64,000 bases of DNA from Dysgonamonadaceae bacterium (GCA_031253625.1 JAIRVZ010000128.1:31307-95306); one strand, 5' to 3'; positions 36,778-46,363 are shown, numbered from the stretch's first letter. Numbers and translations: made by a program. Notes: generated by a model not told the origin, from the letters alone.

Positions 36778-38565
36778 ATGAAACTTACAACCCGATTTTT
36801 TATTCAGGGATTACTTTGTCTATTTATCTGTTTTATTTCTGCAACAGCTATTTACGGACAAAACAACGACTTTCAGCACAAAAAAGATTCGCTGCTAAAA
36901 ATAATCGCCTCAACACAAGGCAAGGAAAAATTGGCGACATACAAACAACTAACGAATTCAAACTTTCACTTTCCGGAAGAGGAGATTAATATTAAACTGC
37001 AGTATATAAAAGATTTTATTCGCGAAGCGCGAAAACAGCAAAATAAAAAATACGAGAATGATGCTTACAGAGCAGAACTTGCTTGTTTGTGGAATAATTT
37101 AATGTTTGACAAATTTGAGCAAGAAGCGAAGCGATATCTACCTTTTTTTAAGGAGAATGGGTACAGTGAAAATTACTACGATATTTATGCCTGTATGATA
37201 ATCCGACAATACGGAAATGATAATTCCAAAGGCCTTACAGAAGGCACGAAAGAAATGTATGCAGAAGCCAAACAAGAAGATAACTTATATGGAATGTCCA
37301 AAGCAACCTATTTATTAGCAGAAATGTATTTTGTGGAAGAAAGATTTGATGATGCTGAAAAATACTATAACGAAACAATAAAAAATGTTTTATTACTGAT
37401 AAAAAATGCACCCGATAAATCTGACAATTACGACCTTGTGTCGTTTGGATATTATGGATTAGCACTCGCTCTGACACACCAAAAGAAAACAAATGAATTA
37501 CTTTTACTAATGCCTGTTTGGGAACAACATATAATTGCTTTTGAAAAAGCTTTCTGTTATTCCGAGCGACAAAAAAGATATTACTATAAAATCAAAGCTA
37601 AAATTTGTCTTTACAAAAAAGAATACGAAAAAGCTGAATTGTATTGCGATTCTATAGATGCAATAACTCCTTCTGTAGAATTATTTTTATCATGGGATTT
37701 AAGAGCTGACATTTGTGAAGCACGCGAAGAATATGATAAAGCCATTGATTGGATTGACAAAATCATATCATTCAACTCTAACATTGAAGAAACAATCAGC
37801 ATGGTGCATTTATTAAGATTAAAGTCGGAATATTTAAGCAAGATGGGAAGAGCGGAAGAATCATATTCGTTTTCAGAAATGGCATTTCAATATAATGATT
37901 CTCTTCGTACGTTAAAAACCAACGCCCAGCTCGATGAAATCCGTACCCAATACGAAGTAGACAAGCATGTTGCCAAAGAAGAACGCCAGCGCATAATTAT
38001 TTTTTCTTTGATTAGTGGCTGCATCGTGTTGCTCCTCGCACTTGGAATATGGATACATTACAGCCGGAAAATTACCCAAAAGAACCGCATATTGGCGCAT
38101 CAAATCAGAGAATTGACCATTCAACAAGAAGGGCAAATCAATGAAATGCTTACCAAAACCTCTTTTGTGCCGGAAGAAGAAAAACCGGAAACTGTTGACA
38201 GCGACTTATGTGTCGAAAGCCGTATGGATAAATTGTGTATCGCTATTCGTGATCTTTTGCTCAAGGAAAAGATATACCGCAACCCTGCCATTACCCAAGA
38301 TCTTGTGATTGAACAGTTGAGAACAAGCAGAAGATTATTCTCCGAAGCCTTTGAATATTGTTTCAACATGAAATTCAATGATTACATCAATTCCCTTCGT
38401 CTGAAAGATGCTGTAGTGCTCCTCGAACAATCCGATTTGTCAATAGAAGAAATTTCCGATAAGGTTGGTTTCGGAGCGGCACGTACTTTCCGGCGACAAT
38501 TTAGTGAAAAATACGGTATATCTCCCAAAAATTACAGAGATGAGAATGTAACCAGAATCTCCTAA
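36778..38565 (+). CDS. Membrane-anchored TPR / AraC-HTH one-component regulator (copy 2, paralogue of 31836-33638)
   Basis: 595 aa. The first 40 residues are identical to copy 1, and the domain order, juxtamembrane block NAQLDEIRTQYEVDK and HTH region are the same. Confidence 0.75.
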   Translation: MKLTTRFFIQGLLCLFICFISATAIYGQNNDFQHKKDSLLKIIASTQGKEKLATYKQLTNSNFHFPEEEINIKLQYIKDFIREARKQQNKKYENDAYRAELACLWNNLMFDKFEQEAKRYLPFFKENGYSENYYDIYACMIIRQYGNDNSKGLTEGTKEMYAEAKQEDNLYGMSKATYLLAEMYFVEERFDDAEKYYNETIKNVLLLIKNAPDKSDNYDLVSFGYYGLALALTHQKKTNELLLLMPVWEQHIIAFEKAFCYSERQKRYYYKIKAKICLYKKEYEKAELYCDSIDAITPSVELFLSWDLRADICEAREEYDKAIDWIDKIISFNSNIEETISMVHLLRLKSEYLSKMGRAEESYSFSEMAFQYNDSLRTLKTNAQLDEIRTQYEVDKHVAKEERQRIIIFSLISGCIVLLLALGIWIHYSRKITQKNRILAHQIRELTIQQEGQINEMLTKTSFVPEEEKPETVDSDLCVESRMDKLCIAIRDLLLKEKIYRNPAITQDLVIEQLRTSRRLFSEAFEYCFNMKFNDYINSLRLKDAVVLLEQSDLSIEEISDKVGFGAARTFRRQFSEKYGISPKNYRDENVTRIS

Positions 38566-38581
38566 TTTTTAACATTTGTAT

Positions 38582-38665
38582 AAAATTGGCCGCTTTTTGT
38601 ACAGTTTTGGCCTGTATTTGTGCAAAATTGGCCGTCCTTTGCGCAGTTTTGGCCTGTCCTTTTTA
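38582..38665 (+). promoter_or_regulatory. Two 42-nt tandem repeats carrying four TTGGCC motifs phased at exactly 21 bp (candidate AraC-type operator array)
   Basis: TTGGCC at 38586, 38607, 38628 and 38649. The last copy sits at the -33 position relative to the -7 box at 38677. Confidence 0.6.
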
Positions 38666-38676
38666 GTCCTTCGCTT

Positions 38677-38684
38677 TACCTTTG
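38677..38684 (+). promoter_or_regulatory. -7 promoter box TAccTTTG for fibre gene 2
   Basis: Consensus TAnnTTTG, about 270 nt upstream of the fibre-2 start. It is positionally equivalent to 33715. Confidence 0.5.
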
Positions 38685-38955
38685 TCCTATAAGTAAGTTG
38701 AAGAATAAAACAAAAAAATTATTCACACGACACAACTAAAAAGTTTAATAATTCATTATCTCCGGTGTTTCCTTTATCATTATTAGGAAATTTAGTAATC
38801 CATATTTGTGAAAATACGGCAAGCAGGCTTTTTGTGAAAAAAGTTTTCTTTTTTATCTTTTTTTATTTATGTGTGTGATAAAGGACACCGGAGTTAATTT
38901 TAACAAAGGAAATAAACAGTAAAATACATTATACTAATAAAAATAAAAAAAGAAA

Positions 38956-41900
38956 GTGATTATGAGAGTTATTCAAAAAACAAAAGTTTTAAATGTCTTA
39001 ATGGTTTTAATGTCCTTAATGCCATTAGTTACTACACAAGCACAAGTGAAAATCGGCCAAGATGCCGAACCCGTCAAAGGCACAGTATTGGAATTAAACA
39101 GCAATCCGGGAGGTTATATCGGTGGTTTGCGATTGACTAATGTATCTTTGGCAAGTATAACCGATTTAACACGGCTTAGCGAAACTCCCTCGGATGTGGC
39201 AGATTTGAAAGGAGCGATTGTTTACAATACAAACCCTGCCATAATCGGTGGAAATGGAACAGGTGTTTATTACTGGGATGGTGCCAAATGGGTAAAAGAT
39301 GCCGGCGCAACAGTTGATTTGGATGCTTGGTTAACAAAAGGAAATGCCGGAACAGATGCCTCGGTTAATTTTATCGGCACAAAAGATTATCAACCTCTAC
39401 AGTTCAAAATAGGCAATGTCTCAAATGTTGCCACGCATGCCGGACGACTTGCTACAACAACCACTTCTTTTGGCTTTAATGCCTTAGGCAAAAACACAAT
39501 AGGGATTCGTAATACCGCCGTAGGCGTGAATGCTTTATTTTCCAACACTCAAGGCAGTAGCAATACCGCTGTGGGAGACAGTGCATTGTATAAAAACACT
39601 ACAGGTTATGGAAACGCAGCAGTAGGTTATGCTGCGCTTGCGAACAATGTCAATGGTTTTGGGAATACCGCAATGGGCGATAGCGCATTACAAAATTCTA
39701 CAGGTAGCAGCAATACAGGAGTGGGGTATCATGCACTTGAAAGAAACACTGCAGCAGGGGTTAGGAATACCGCCATGGGTGCTTATGCGTTGCAAGGTAA
39801 TGCTTCTTCGTCTACCGGTGGAACAGGCAATACTGCGATAGGTTATGCTGCACTAAGAGATAAGCATTCTAATAGTAACTATAATACTGCAATTGGCGAC
39901 AGCGCATTAGCAAAGGTCAGTTATTCTTCCAACAACAATACAGCCATTGGTCATAAAGCCGGAAGTGAGATAACAAACGGCAAAAACAATATTGCTGTAG
40001 GAGTTAACGCACAGGTATATAAAAATGGTTCTGATACTTCTTCCGACCACCAGCTTGCTATCGGTAAGTTTATTTATGGAGTAACAGGCGATACTGAAGC
40101 CAATGCAAAAGTAGGTATCGGAACAAATAACCCTACTCGAAAACTCCATATCGACAATGGAACAACCAACGGAGCAATAAGAATTGTTGACGGAACAGAA
40201 GGACTTAATAAAGTATTGGCCTCCGCTGCCGACGGTACCGGAACATGGAAAGACCCCAATACAATTATCGACGCATGGTTTATCACAGGAAATTCCGGAA
40301 CAAACTCATCTAATTTTATTGGCACAAAAGATAATCAGTCATTGAGATTCAAAGTGAACAACACTCACGCCGGAATAATCATTCCCGGTAAAAGTAGTGT
40401 GGCGTTCGGGTACAACGCAGGGCCAAAATTCGATGGATCAGAGGCAGGAAATACTGCTTTCGGAACAAATGCGCTTGCTATGAGTGATTACCGCCAGTCT
40501 CATAATACCGCCATAGGTTATAATACGCTTGCAAACAATTTTGATACTAACCTCACCTGGGGTAACCATAATACGGCAATAGGTAGTAACGCGCTTGCAG
40601 CCAATAAAACCGGCAATTATAACACGGCCGTAGGTAGTTATGCGCTTGCTGCACATGCCGGCTATCTTTATGGTGGTGCAAATACAGCCATAGGTAGTCG
40701 TGCGCTTGCTAAAAGTACTTCCGGACAAGATAATACAGCCGTAGGTAATAATGCGCTTGCAGTAAGTGATGGAGTCTCTTATAGTACAGCCGTAGGTAGT
40801 GAAGCACTTGCTGCAAATACAAACGGCTCTTATAATACCGCCGTAGGTTATAAGTCGCTTGCAGCCAACAAAACCAGCCATAGGAATACCTCCATAGGTT
40901 ATGAGGCGCTTACTAAAAGTACAGCAGGCTGGAATACAGCTGTAGGTTATCAGGCGCTTGCCTCCGACACTACCGGTACTGATAATGTTGCTTTGGGAGT
41001 TTCAGCTCTTTACTGGAATGGAAAAGGGAGCTATAATGTTGCCGTAGGAGTGAGTGCTCTAAACAGCAACAGAGCAAGCAGTAATACGGCCGTAGGTTAT
41101 GAAGCGCATTGTACAATTGTCAATGGCGAATTTAATACAGCGTTAGGATATCGTGCCATGGGTAATGGCGGATCCATGTCCAGTGAGTATACTGGCAGTC
41201 GTAATACGGCCGTAGGCGACAGCGCATTGTATGGAATTACTTCCGGTAACCGCAATGTAGGTATTGGAGTTAAAGCAGGAAGTAATATACGAAGCGGTCA
41301 TAATAATATCACCATAGGAGTCAACGCACAGGTGGTGGGTATTAGCAACCAGATTTCGATTGCCAACCTGATATACGCAACCGGAGCAACCGGAGAGGCT
41401 AATACCGGAAATGTAGGTCTCGGAACAAACGACCCTCAAGCAAGACTACATATCGTTAAAGGAACTTCAGCTAACGGATTTATACTTCAAGACGGAATAA
41501 CAGCAAATCCTAACAATTATGTACTGACTGCCGATGCTCAAGGAGTTGGAACATGGAAACCGGCCGGTGGCGCCATCGAACCTTGGTATAAGATAGGAAG
41601 CAGTCCGGCTGCTCCGTCAACTTTAAATACAGACGATTCTTATTTGATGGCCAAAGTTGCTATTGGAGCTAACGCTATTGCTACTGTTCATGAAAATCAG
41701 GCTCAATTAACCGTCGTAGGCGGAGATGTTTCTATTCAAGGAATTACTGTTGGGACAGGAAAAGGCAACGATAATACAAATACTGCCGTAGGTCGTAATA
41801 CATTAAGCAAACTTCAACCAAGAGAAGCAACTGAAACAGAAATTGCAGGTGCTAGTCATGAAGATCGAATAGGAGTTACATATGGAGATGGAAGATATAA

Positions 41901-42663
41901 TTTAGCATTCGGTAGCGGTACAGGTTGGAATATAACAACCGGAACAGGTAACATAATAATGGGTAGTATTACTGATTTATCAACCGGAAGATTTAACACT
42001 GCGATTGGATGTCGTTCTAGTGTGAGTCCTAATGATAATCATCAAATTTCAATACATAATTTGATAAATGCAACAGGTGCAACAGGCGTAATGCACTCAA
42101 ATCCAGCTATATCAGATGATTATGTAGGCGAAGGAAAAGTGGGTATCGGAACAAATCGGCCTAAAGCAAAATTACATGTTATGCTTACAAATGGTATATC
42201 GAAAACTTATGAGCCGGGTTTTATGCTTCAAGATGGAAGTCAAGAAGACGGTTATGTGCTGACATCAAATGCCGACGGATTAGCCAAATGGATGGAACCT
42301 AACGGAACCGGTTCAGATCGTCGCTTGAAAACAAACATTACTCCCTCAAAATATGGCTTATCGGAAATCATGAAATTACAACCGGTAAACTACGAATTGA
42401 TAAGCAAACCCGGAGTTGAACGTGTAGGCTTCATTGCCCAAGAAGTTAAACAGATAATTCCCGAAGTTGTTCTTGGAACTGAAGGCGATCTCGAAAAAGG
42501 TGAAACATTATCTGTTGTTTATGGCGAATTTGCTCCGGTATTAACAAAAGCCATTCAAGAACAACAAACTCAAATCGAATCATTGCTAAACTTAGTTGAA
42601 TCACAACAAAAAATTATCGAACAATTAGAAGCCCGCTTGAAAGCATTAGAAACAGCGAAGTAA
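38956..42663 (+). CDS. Secreted repeat-rich fibre/adhesin with C-terminal S74-type intramolecular chaperone, copy 2
   Basis: 1235 aa. The ORF track uses GTG at 38956; an ATG lies at 38962. Same N-domain and C-terminal SDRRLK chaperone domain as copy 1, with a central region of many NTA(V/I)G..AL repeats. Confidence 0.8.
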   Translation: MIMRVIQKTKVLNVLMVLMSLMPLVTTQAQVKIGQDAEPVKGTVLELNSNPGGYIGGLRLTNVSLASITDLTRLSETPSDVADLKGAIVYNTNPAIIGGNGTGVYYWDGAKWVKDAGATVDLDAWLTKGNAGTDASVNFIGTKDYQPLQFKIGNVSNVATHAGRLATTTTSFGFNALGKNTIGIRNTAVGVNALFSNTQGSSNTAVGDSALYKNTTGYGNAAVGYAALANNVNGFGNTAMGDSALQNSTGSSNTGVGYHALERNTAAGVRNTAMGAYALQGNASSSTGGTGNTAIGYAALRDKHSNSNYNTAIGDSALAKVSYSSNNNTAIGHKAGSEITNGKNNIAVGVNAQVYKNGSDTSSDHQLAIGKFIYGVTGDTEANAKVGIGTNNPTRKLHIDNGTTNGAIRIVDGTEGLNKVLASAADGTGTWKDPNTIIDAWFITGNSGTNSSNFIGTKDNQSLRFKVNNTHAGIIIPGKSSVAFGYNAGPKFDGSEAGNTAFGTNALAMSDYRQSHNTAIGYNTLANNFDTNLTWGNHNTAIGSNALAANKTGNYNTAVGSYALAAHAGYLYGGANTAIGSRALAKSTSGQDNTAVGNNALAVSDGVSYSTAVGSEALAANTNGSYNTAVGYKSLAANKTSHRNTSIGYEALTKSTAGWNTAVGYQALASDTTGTDNVALGVSALYWNGKGSYNVAVGVSALNSNRASSNTAVGYEAHCTIVNGEFNTALGYRAMGNGGSMSSEYTGSRNTAVGDSALYGITSGNRNVGIGVKAGSNIRSGHNNITIGVNAQVVGISNQISIANLIYATGATGEANTGNVGLGTNDPQARLHIVKGTSANGFILQDGITANPNNYVLTADAQGVGTWKPAGGAIEPWYKIGSSPAAPSTLNTDDSYLMAKVAIGANAIATVHENQAQLTVVGGDVSIQGITVGTGKGNDNTNTAVGRNTLSKLQPREATETEIAGASHEDRIGVTYGDGRYNLAFGSGTGWNITTGTGNIIMGSITDLSTGRFNTAIGCRSSVSPNDNHQISIHNLINATGATGVMHSNPAISDDYVGEGKVGIGTNRPKAKLHVMLTNGISKTYEPGFMLQDGSQEDGYVLTSNADGLAKWMEPNGTGSDRRLKTNITPSKYGLSEIMKLQPVNYELISKPGVERVGFIAQEVKQIIPEVVLGTEGDLEKGETLSVVYGEFAPVLTKAIQEQQTQIESLLNLVESQQKIIEQLEARLKALETAK

Positions 42664-42681
42664 CTCGGCTATTTGGGGGAG

Positions 42682-42708
42682 GAGGTTCCTCACATAGTGA
42701 GGAACCTC
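42682..42708 (+). terminator. Terminator hairpin after fibre gene 2
   Basis: A 12-bp perfect stem, GAGGTTCCTCAC-ATA-GTGAGGAACCTC, with no clear U-tract. Confidence 0.6.
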
Positions 42709-42814
42709 AGCATGAAATTCCATAAATTTTCTTTATTTTGAGTTCTAATACGAAGCATAAGAGATGAAGTCACAAAAAAATTGATTACCTTTGTACTAAA
42801 CTATTCGAATAAAT

Positions 42815-45316
42815 ATGAAACTGACTTCTTTAACAGCGCTTCTTTTTTGGTGTGTATTTTCGTTTTCTTTGTCTGCTAAAGTTTGGATCAATGAGTTGAT
42901 GCAAAGTAATATAGATCTTGTTCGAGATGATTTACAAGAATTTCCCGATAGTTGGATTGAACTGTATAACGACTCTGAAGTAGCAGTAAATCTTCAAAAT
43001 TGGATTATTTCGGATGCTGTTAGTCTTCAGAATAGTAATGGTTGGAGGTTCAGTGTTACCATTGCTCCCAAATCCTATCAGTTGATTTATGCAGATAAGG
43101 CCTCTCAGGGCTTACATACGCATTTTCGGTTAGACAGCAGCAAAGGTGGCGCAGTCTATCTATTCGATGCAAGTGGTAATCAAGTCGATGCAGTTACAGG
43201 TATTCCACAACAGCCTGCACCTAACATTGCTTATGGAAGAATCAGCGATGGTAACAATTTGTGGGCGTATTTTGTGACGGCAACACCCAAGGCGGCTAAT
43301 CAGGGAAAATATACGAATATACTTTTGTCCCCACCCGTTTTTAGTCAGGTAGGTGGCATTTTCAAAAACAGCGTGAATGTGAGGTTATATTTGCCTTCCG
43401 GCACACCGAGTGGAGTTGTCATGTCAAATATTCACTATACATTGGATAATACCGAACCGACCGTGAATTCTCCGGCATACACAAGTGAATTAACTATTTC
43501 TCAAACAACTGTTGTACGGGCAAAATTGATTCATCCCGATTATTTGAGCGACCGCTCTAAAGTGCACACATACATCATTTCAACAAAAGATTTTCCGTTG
43601 CCGGTAATCTCTATCAGCACAGATCCTTCTTATTTGTGGGATGATGAGTTCGGTATTTATTGTCAGGGAAATGGTAAATATGGTGTGTCCGGTAAAGGAA
43701 CAAATTATCCCGTAAATTGGAATAATGATTGGCGTAGGCCAATCAATTTCGAATATTTCCCGGAAGGAAGTAATACGAGTGTTTTGAACCAGCTGGGTGA
43801 ATTTCGGATTGCCGGTGCATGGGCGCGTGCCAACCCACAAAAACCGTTTATTGTTTATGGGAATAAACGTTTTGGGCCAAACAAACGGTATGACTATGAT
43901 TTATTCAAAGAAAAACCCAATCAGGAAATCAAATCGTTTATGGTTCGTAATTCCGGCAACGATTTTTGGTATACACATTTCCGTGATGCTGCCATTCAAC
44001 TGTTTTTTGGCGGTAAGGTCGACCTCGATTATCAAGCTTATCAACCGGCAATACTTTATTTGAATGGGCAATATTGGGGAATTCAAAATTTGCGTGAACG
44101 GTCGACCGAAGATTTTGTTTTGGCTAATTATGGAACAGAAAATATTGATTTATTCAAGAATTGGTGGATATTAAAAGCAGGTGATTGGACTGCTATGGAT
44201 CAACTGATGAACGAATTACGAAAAACACCCGCTTCACAACGAAATTATCAATGGATTATGGATCAAGTCGATTTAGACGAATTTATCAATTATATGATTT
44301 TACAGATCTATGTTTCCAATACCGATTTCCCGGGTAATAATACGGTTTTGTGGCGACCTCGCCAAGCCAACAGTAAATGGCGGTTCATTTTGAAAGATAC
44401 GGATCATGGTTTGGGTATTTGGGGTAGTAATCCGGTAGATCATAATGCTTTGAGTTACAACATCAACGGTAACGACGATGCTCGGAAATTGTTTAATGCT
44501 TTGCTTACACAAGATTCTTTTAAGAAAAATTTTTACAAGCGTTTTGCCATTTATATGGGCGATTTACTTCATTACAGATCGACTTCGCAAGTAATTGACA
44601 GTATTCAAGCAATGTTAGAACCTGCTATGGAAGATCACTTAAACTACTGGCAACAACATAATTATGAAAGCTACGGAATACAAAGAATGTGGTGGCGAAA
44701 TATGGATTCATGGAGATATGAAGTTTATAAAATGAAAGATTGGTGCAATGGAAGAAATGCGTATGTTTATCAACACATACGTTCTCAATTCGGATTAGGA
44801 ACGATTATGTCATTAACGTATGAAACCGCAAATAATTTGTCAGGAACACCTGTCGTATCTATTAATGGTATTCATATGCGAAATTTCGGATTAAATGGCT
44901 CTTATTTCCAAAAAGAAACAATAGAATTGCATTACGATGGAAATTCTCCACATTACGGTTGGGAAATTACACAAACTGTGAATGGAGCAACAACAACTAC
45001 AACTTACTATCAAAAGGATTTATCATATTTGGTTGCAGATAAATGTACTTCCATGAAGATTAAACTCGTAAATAATCCTACCTCTCAGCCGCAACATGAA
45101 ATGCCGGAAGTCAATCTTTCAGTTTTTGATAATCAATTGATCGTTTCGAATTTACAACGTCCTTCCATAATTTCAGTTTATGACGTTAGCGGGAAGTTGA
45201 TTACGGAAACAACGACATCCAACTATTCACTGACTATTCCTATTGAACAAAAAGGCGTATTCATCGTGAAAATCCAAAATGAAGTACAAAGATTGACGCA
45301 GAAGGTAGTGTTGTAG
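42815..45316 (+). CDS. CotH kinase-family protein with N-terminal lamin-tail-like domain and C-terminal T9SS sorting domain
   Basis: 833 aa. Signal peptide and an LTD-like WINELMQSN...SWIELYN. CotH-like core (YLWDDEFGIY, NFEYF, VRNSGNDF, DTDHGLG). The C-terminus VYDVSGKLI...GVFIVKIQNE...KVVL is typical of the Por secretion tail. Confidence 0.75.
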   Translation: MKLTSLTALLFWCVFSFSLSAKVWINELMQSNIDLVRDDLQEFPDSWIELYNDSEVAVNLQNWIISDAVSLQNSNGWRFSVTIAPKSYQLIYADKASQGLHTHFRLDSSKGGAVYLFDASGNQVDAVTGIPQQPAPNIAYGRISDGNNLWAYFVTATPKAANQGKYTNILLSPPVFSQVGGIFKNSVNVRLYLPSGTPSGVVMSNIHYTLDNTEPTVNSPAYTSELTISQTTVVRAKLIHPDYLSDRSKVHTYIISTKDFPLPVISISTDPSYLWDDEFGIYCQGNGKYGVSGKGTNYPVNWNNDWRRPINFEYFPEGSNTSVLNQLGEFRIAGAWARANPQKPFIVYGNKRFGPNKRYDYDLFKEKPNQEIKSFMVRNSGNDFWYTHFRDAAIQLFFGGKVDLDYQAYQPAILYLNGQYWGIQNLRERSTEDFVLANYGTENIDLFKNWWILKAGDWTAMDQLMNELRKTPASQRNYQWIMDQVDLDEFINYMILQIYVSNTDFPGNNTVLWRPRQANSKWRFILKDTDHGLGIWGSNPVDHNALSYNINGNDDARKLFNALLTQDSFKKNFYKRFAIYMGDLLHYRSTSQVIDSIQAMLEPAMEDHLNYWQQHNYESYGIQRMWWRNMDSWRYEVYKMKDWCNGRNAYVYQHIRSQFGLGTIMSLTYETANNLSGTPVVSINGIHMRNFGLNGSYFQKETIELHYDGNSPHYGWEITQTVNGATTTTTYYQKDLSYLVADKCTSMKIKLVNNPTSQPQHEMPEVNLSVFDNQLIVSNLQRPSIISVYDVSGKLITETTTSNYSLTIPIEQKGVFIVKIQNEVQRLTQKVVL

Positions 45317-45319
45317 AAT

Positions 45320-46363
45320 TTAAACAACCACTTTTGAAAAAGGTACTGCATCCATCGGACAAAAATCATTATTCAAATACTTGAAATGTCCGCTCATTGC
45401 TACCATGGCAGCATTGTCGGTCGTGAAAGCAAATGGTGGAATATAAATTTTCCAATGATATTTTTGTGCGTGTTCTTCAAATGCTGCTCTTAATCCGGAA
45501 TTGGCAGAAACGCCTCCGGCAACAGCAACTTCTTTTATTTTTAAGTCTTTAGCAGCTTTGCGCAATTTATCCATCAAAATTTCGATGATGGTATATTGTA
45601 AGCTTGCACAAAGATCGGCTTTATTTTCTTCGATGAAATGGGGATTTTTCTTTAATTCATCCCGGAGTAAATACAAAAAAGAAGTTTTCAAACCACTGAA
45701 ACTATAATTGTAATCGGGTATTTGAGGTTTGTTCAATTTAAAAGCTTTTGGATTACCTTCTTTTGCCAACCGATCGACAACCGGACCACCGGGATAGGGT
45801 AGTCCCATTACCTTGGCGCATTTATCGAAAGCTTCGCCTGCAGCATCATCGATTGTTTGTCCCACAACTTCCATATCGTTATAAGCTCGAACTAAAATGA
45901 TTTGGGAATTTCCTCCCGAAACCAATAAGCAGAGAAATGGAAAAGAAGGATGATTTGCATCCGATTCGTTTTGTTTGATAAAATGAGCTAAAACATGCGC
46001 TTGCAAGTGGTTTATTTCAACCATAGGAATATTCAATGCCGTGGAAAACCCTTTTGCAAAAGATGTTCCGACCAATAGAGAGCCTAAAAGTCCCGGGCCG
46101 CGGGTAAAAGCAATTGCGCTTAAATCCTCTTTATTTATTCCCGCTTGTTTCAAAGCTGCGTGGATAACCGGAATTATATTTTGCTGGTGTGCCCGGGAAG
46201 CCAATTCCGGAACCACTCCACCGTATGCTTCGTGTATCTTCTGATTAGCAATTATATTTGACAACAAAACACCGTTTTTCAGTACCGCGGCAGAGGTGTC
46301 GTCACAAGAAGATTCGATTCCTAAAATAGTAACATCCATGCGATTATTCATTTTATCATTCAT
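45320..46363 (-). CDS. tsaD: tRNA N6-adenosine threonylcarbamoyltransferase
   Basis: ILGIESSCDDTS, the HQQNI..., GGVSAN motif and the Kae1/TsaD fold. The real start may be the internal Met at 46339. Confidence 0.9.
   Translation of the reverse strand: MNDKMNNRMDVTILGIESSCDDTSAAVLKNGVLLSNIIANQKIHEAYGGVVPELASRAHQQNIIPVIHAALKQAGINKEDLSAIAFTRGPGLLGSLLVGTSFAKGFSTALNIPMVEINHLQAHVLAHFIKQNESDANHPSFPFLCLLVSGGNSQIILVRAYNDMEVVGQTIDDAAGEAFDKCAKVMGLPYPGGPVVDRLAKEGNPKAFKLNKPQIPDYNYSFSGLKTSFLYLLRDELKKNPHFIEENKADLCASLQYTIIEILMDKLRKAAKDLKIKEVAVAGGVSANSGLRAAFEEHAQKYHWKIYIPPFAFTTDNAAMVAMSGHFKYLNNDFCPMDAVPFSKVVV

Noticed and set aside
38582-38665. CRISPR array interpretation of this and the other tandem-repeat regions (52078-52134, 16884-16954)
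   Set aside because: The repeat units are 7-42 nt and directly adjacent, without unique spacers of CRISPR size. No cas genes are present.
40438-40881. 147-aa antisense ORF, together with other minus-strand ORFs at 39907-40325 and 41143-41439, inside fibre gene 2
   Set aside because: These are artefacts of the periodic NTAxG-coding repeats, which lack stop codons on the opposite strand. The plus-strand frame is continuous and has clear domain homology.
31785-45316. Prophage or phage-tail-like (contractile injection / tailocin) interpretation of the fibre locus
   Set aside because: Only the fibre C-terminal chaperone domain is phage-like. No sheath, tube, baseplate, capsid, terminase, portal, lysis or integrase genes occur in the window, and both fibres carry Sec signal peptides and dedicated cellular-type regulators.
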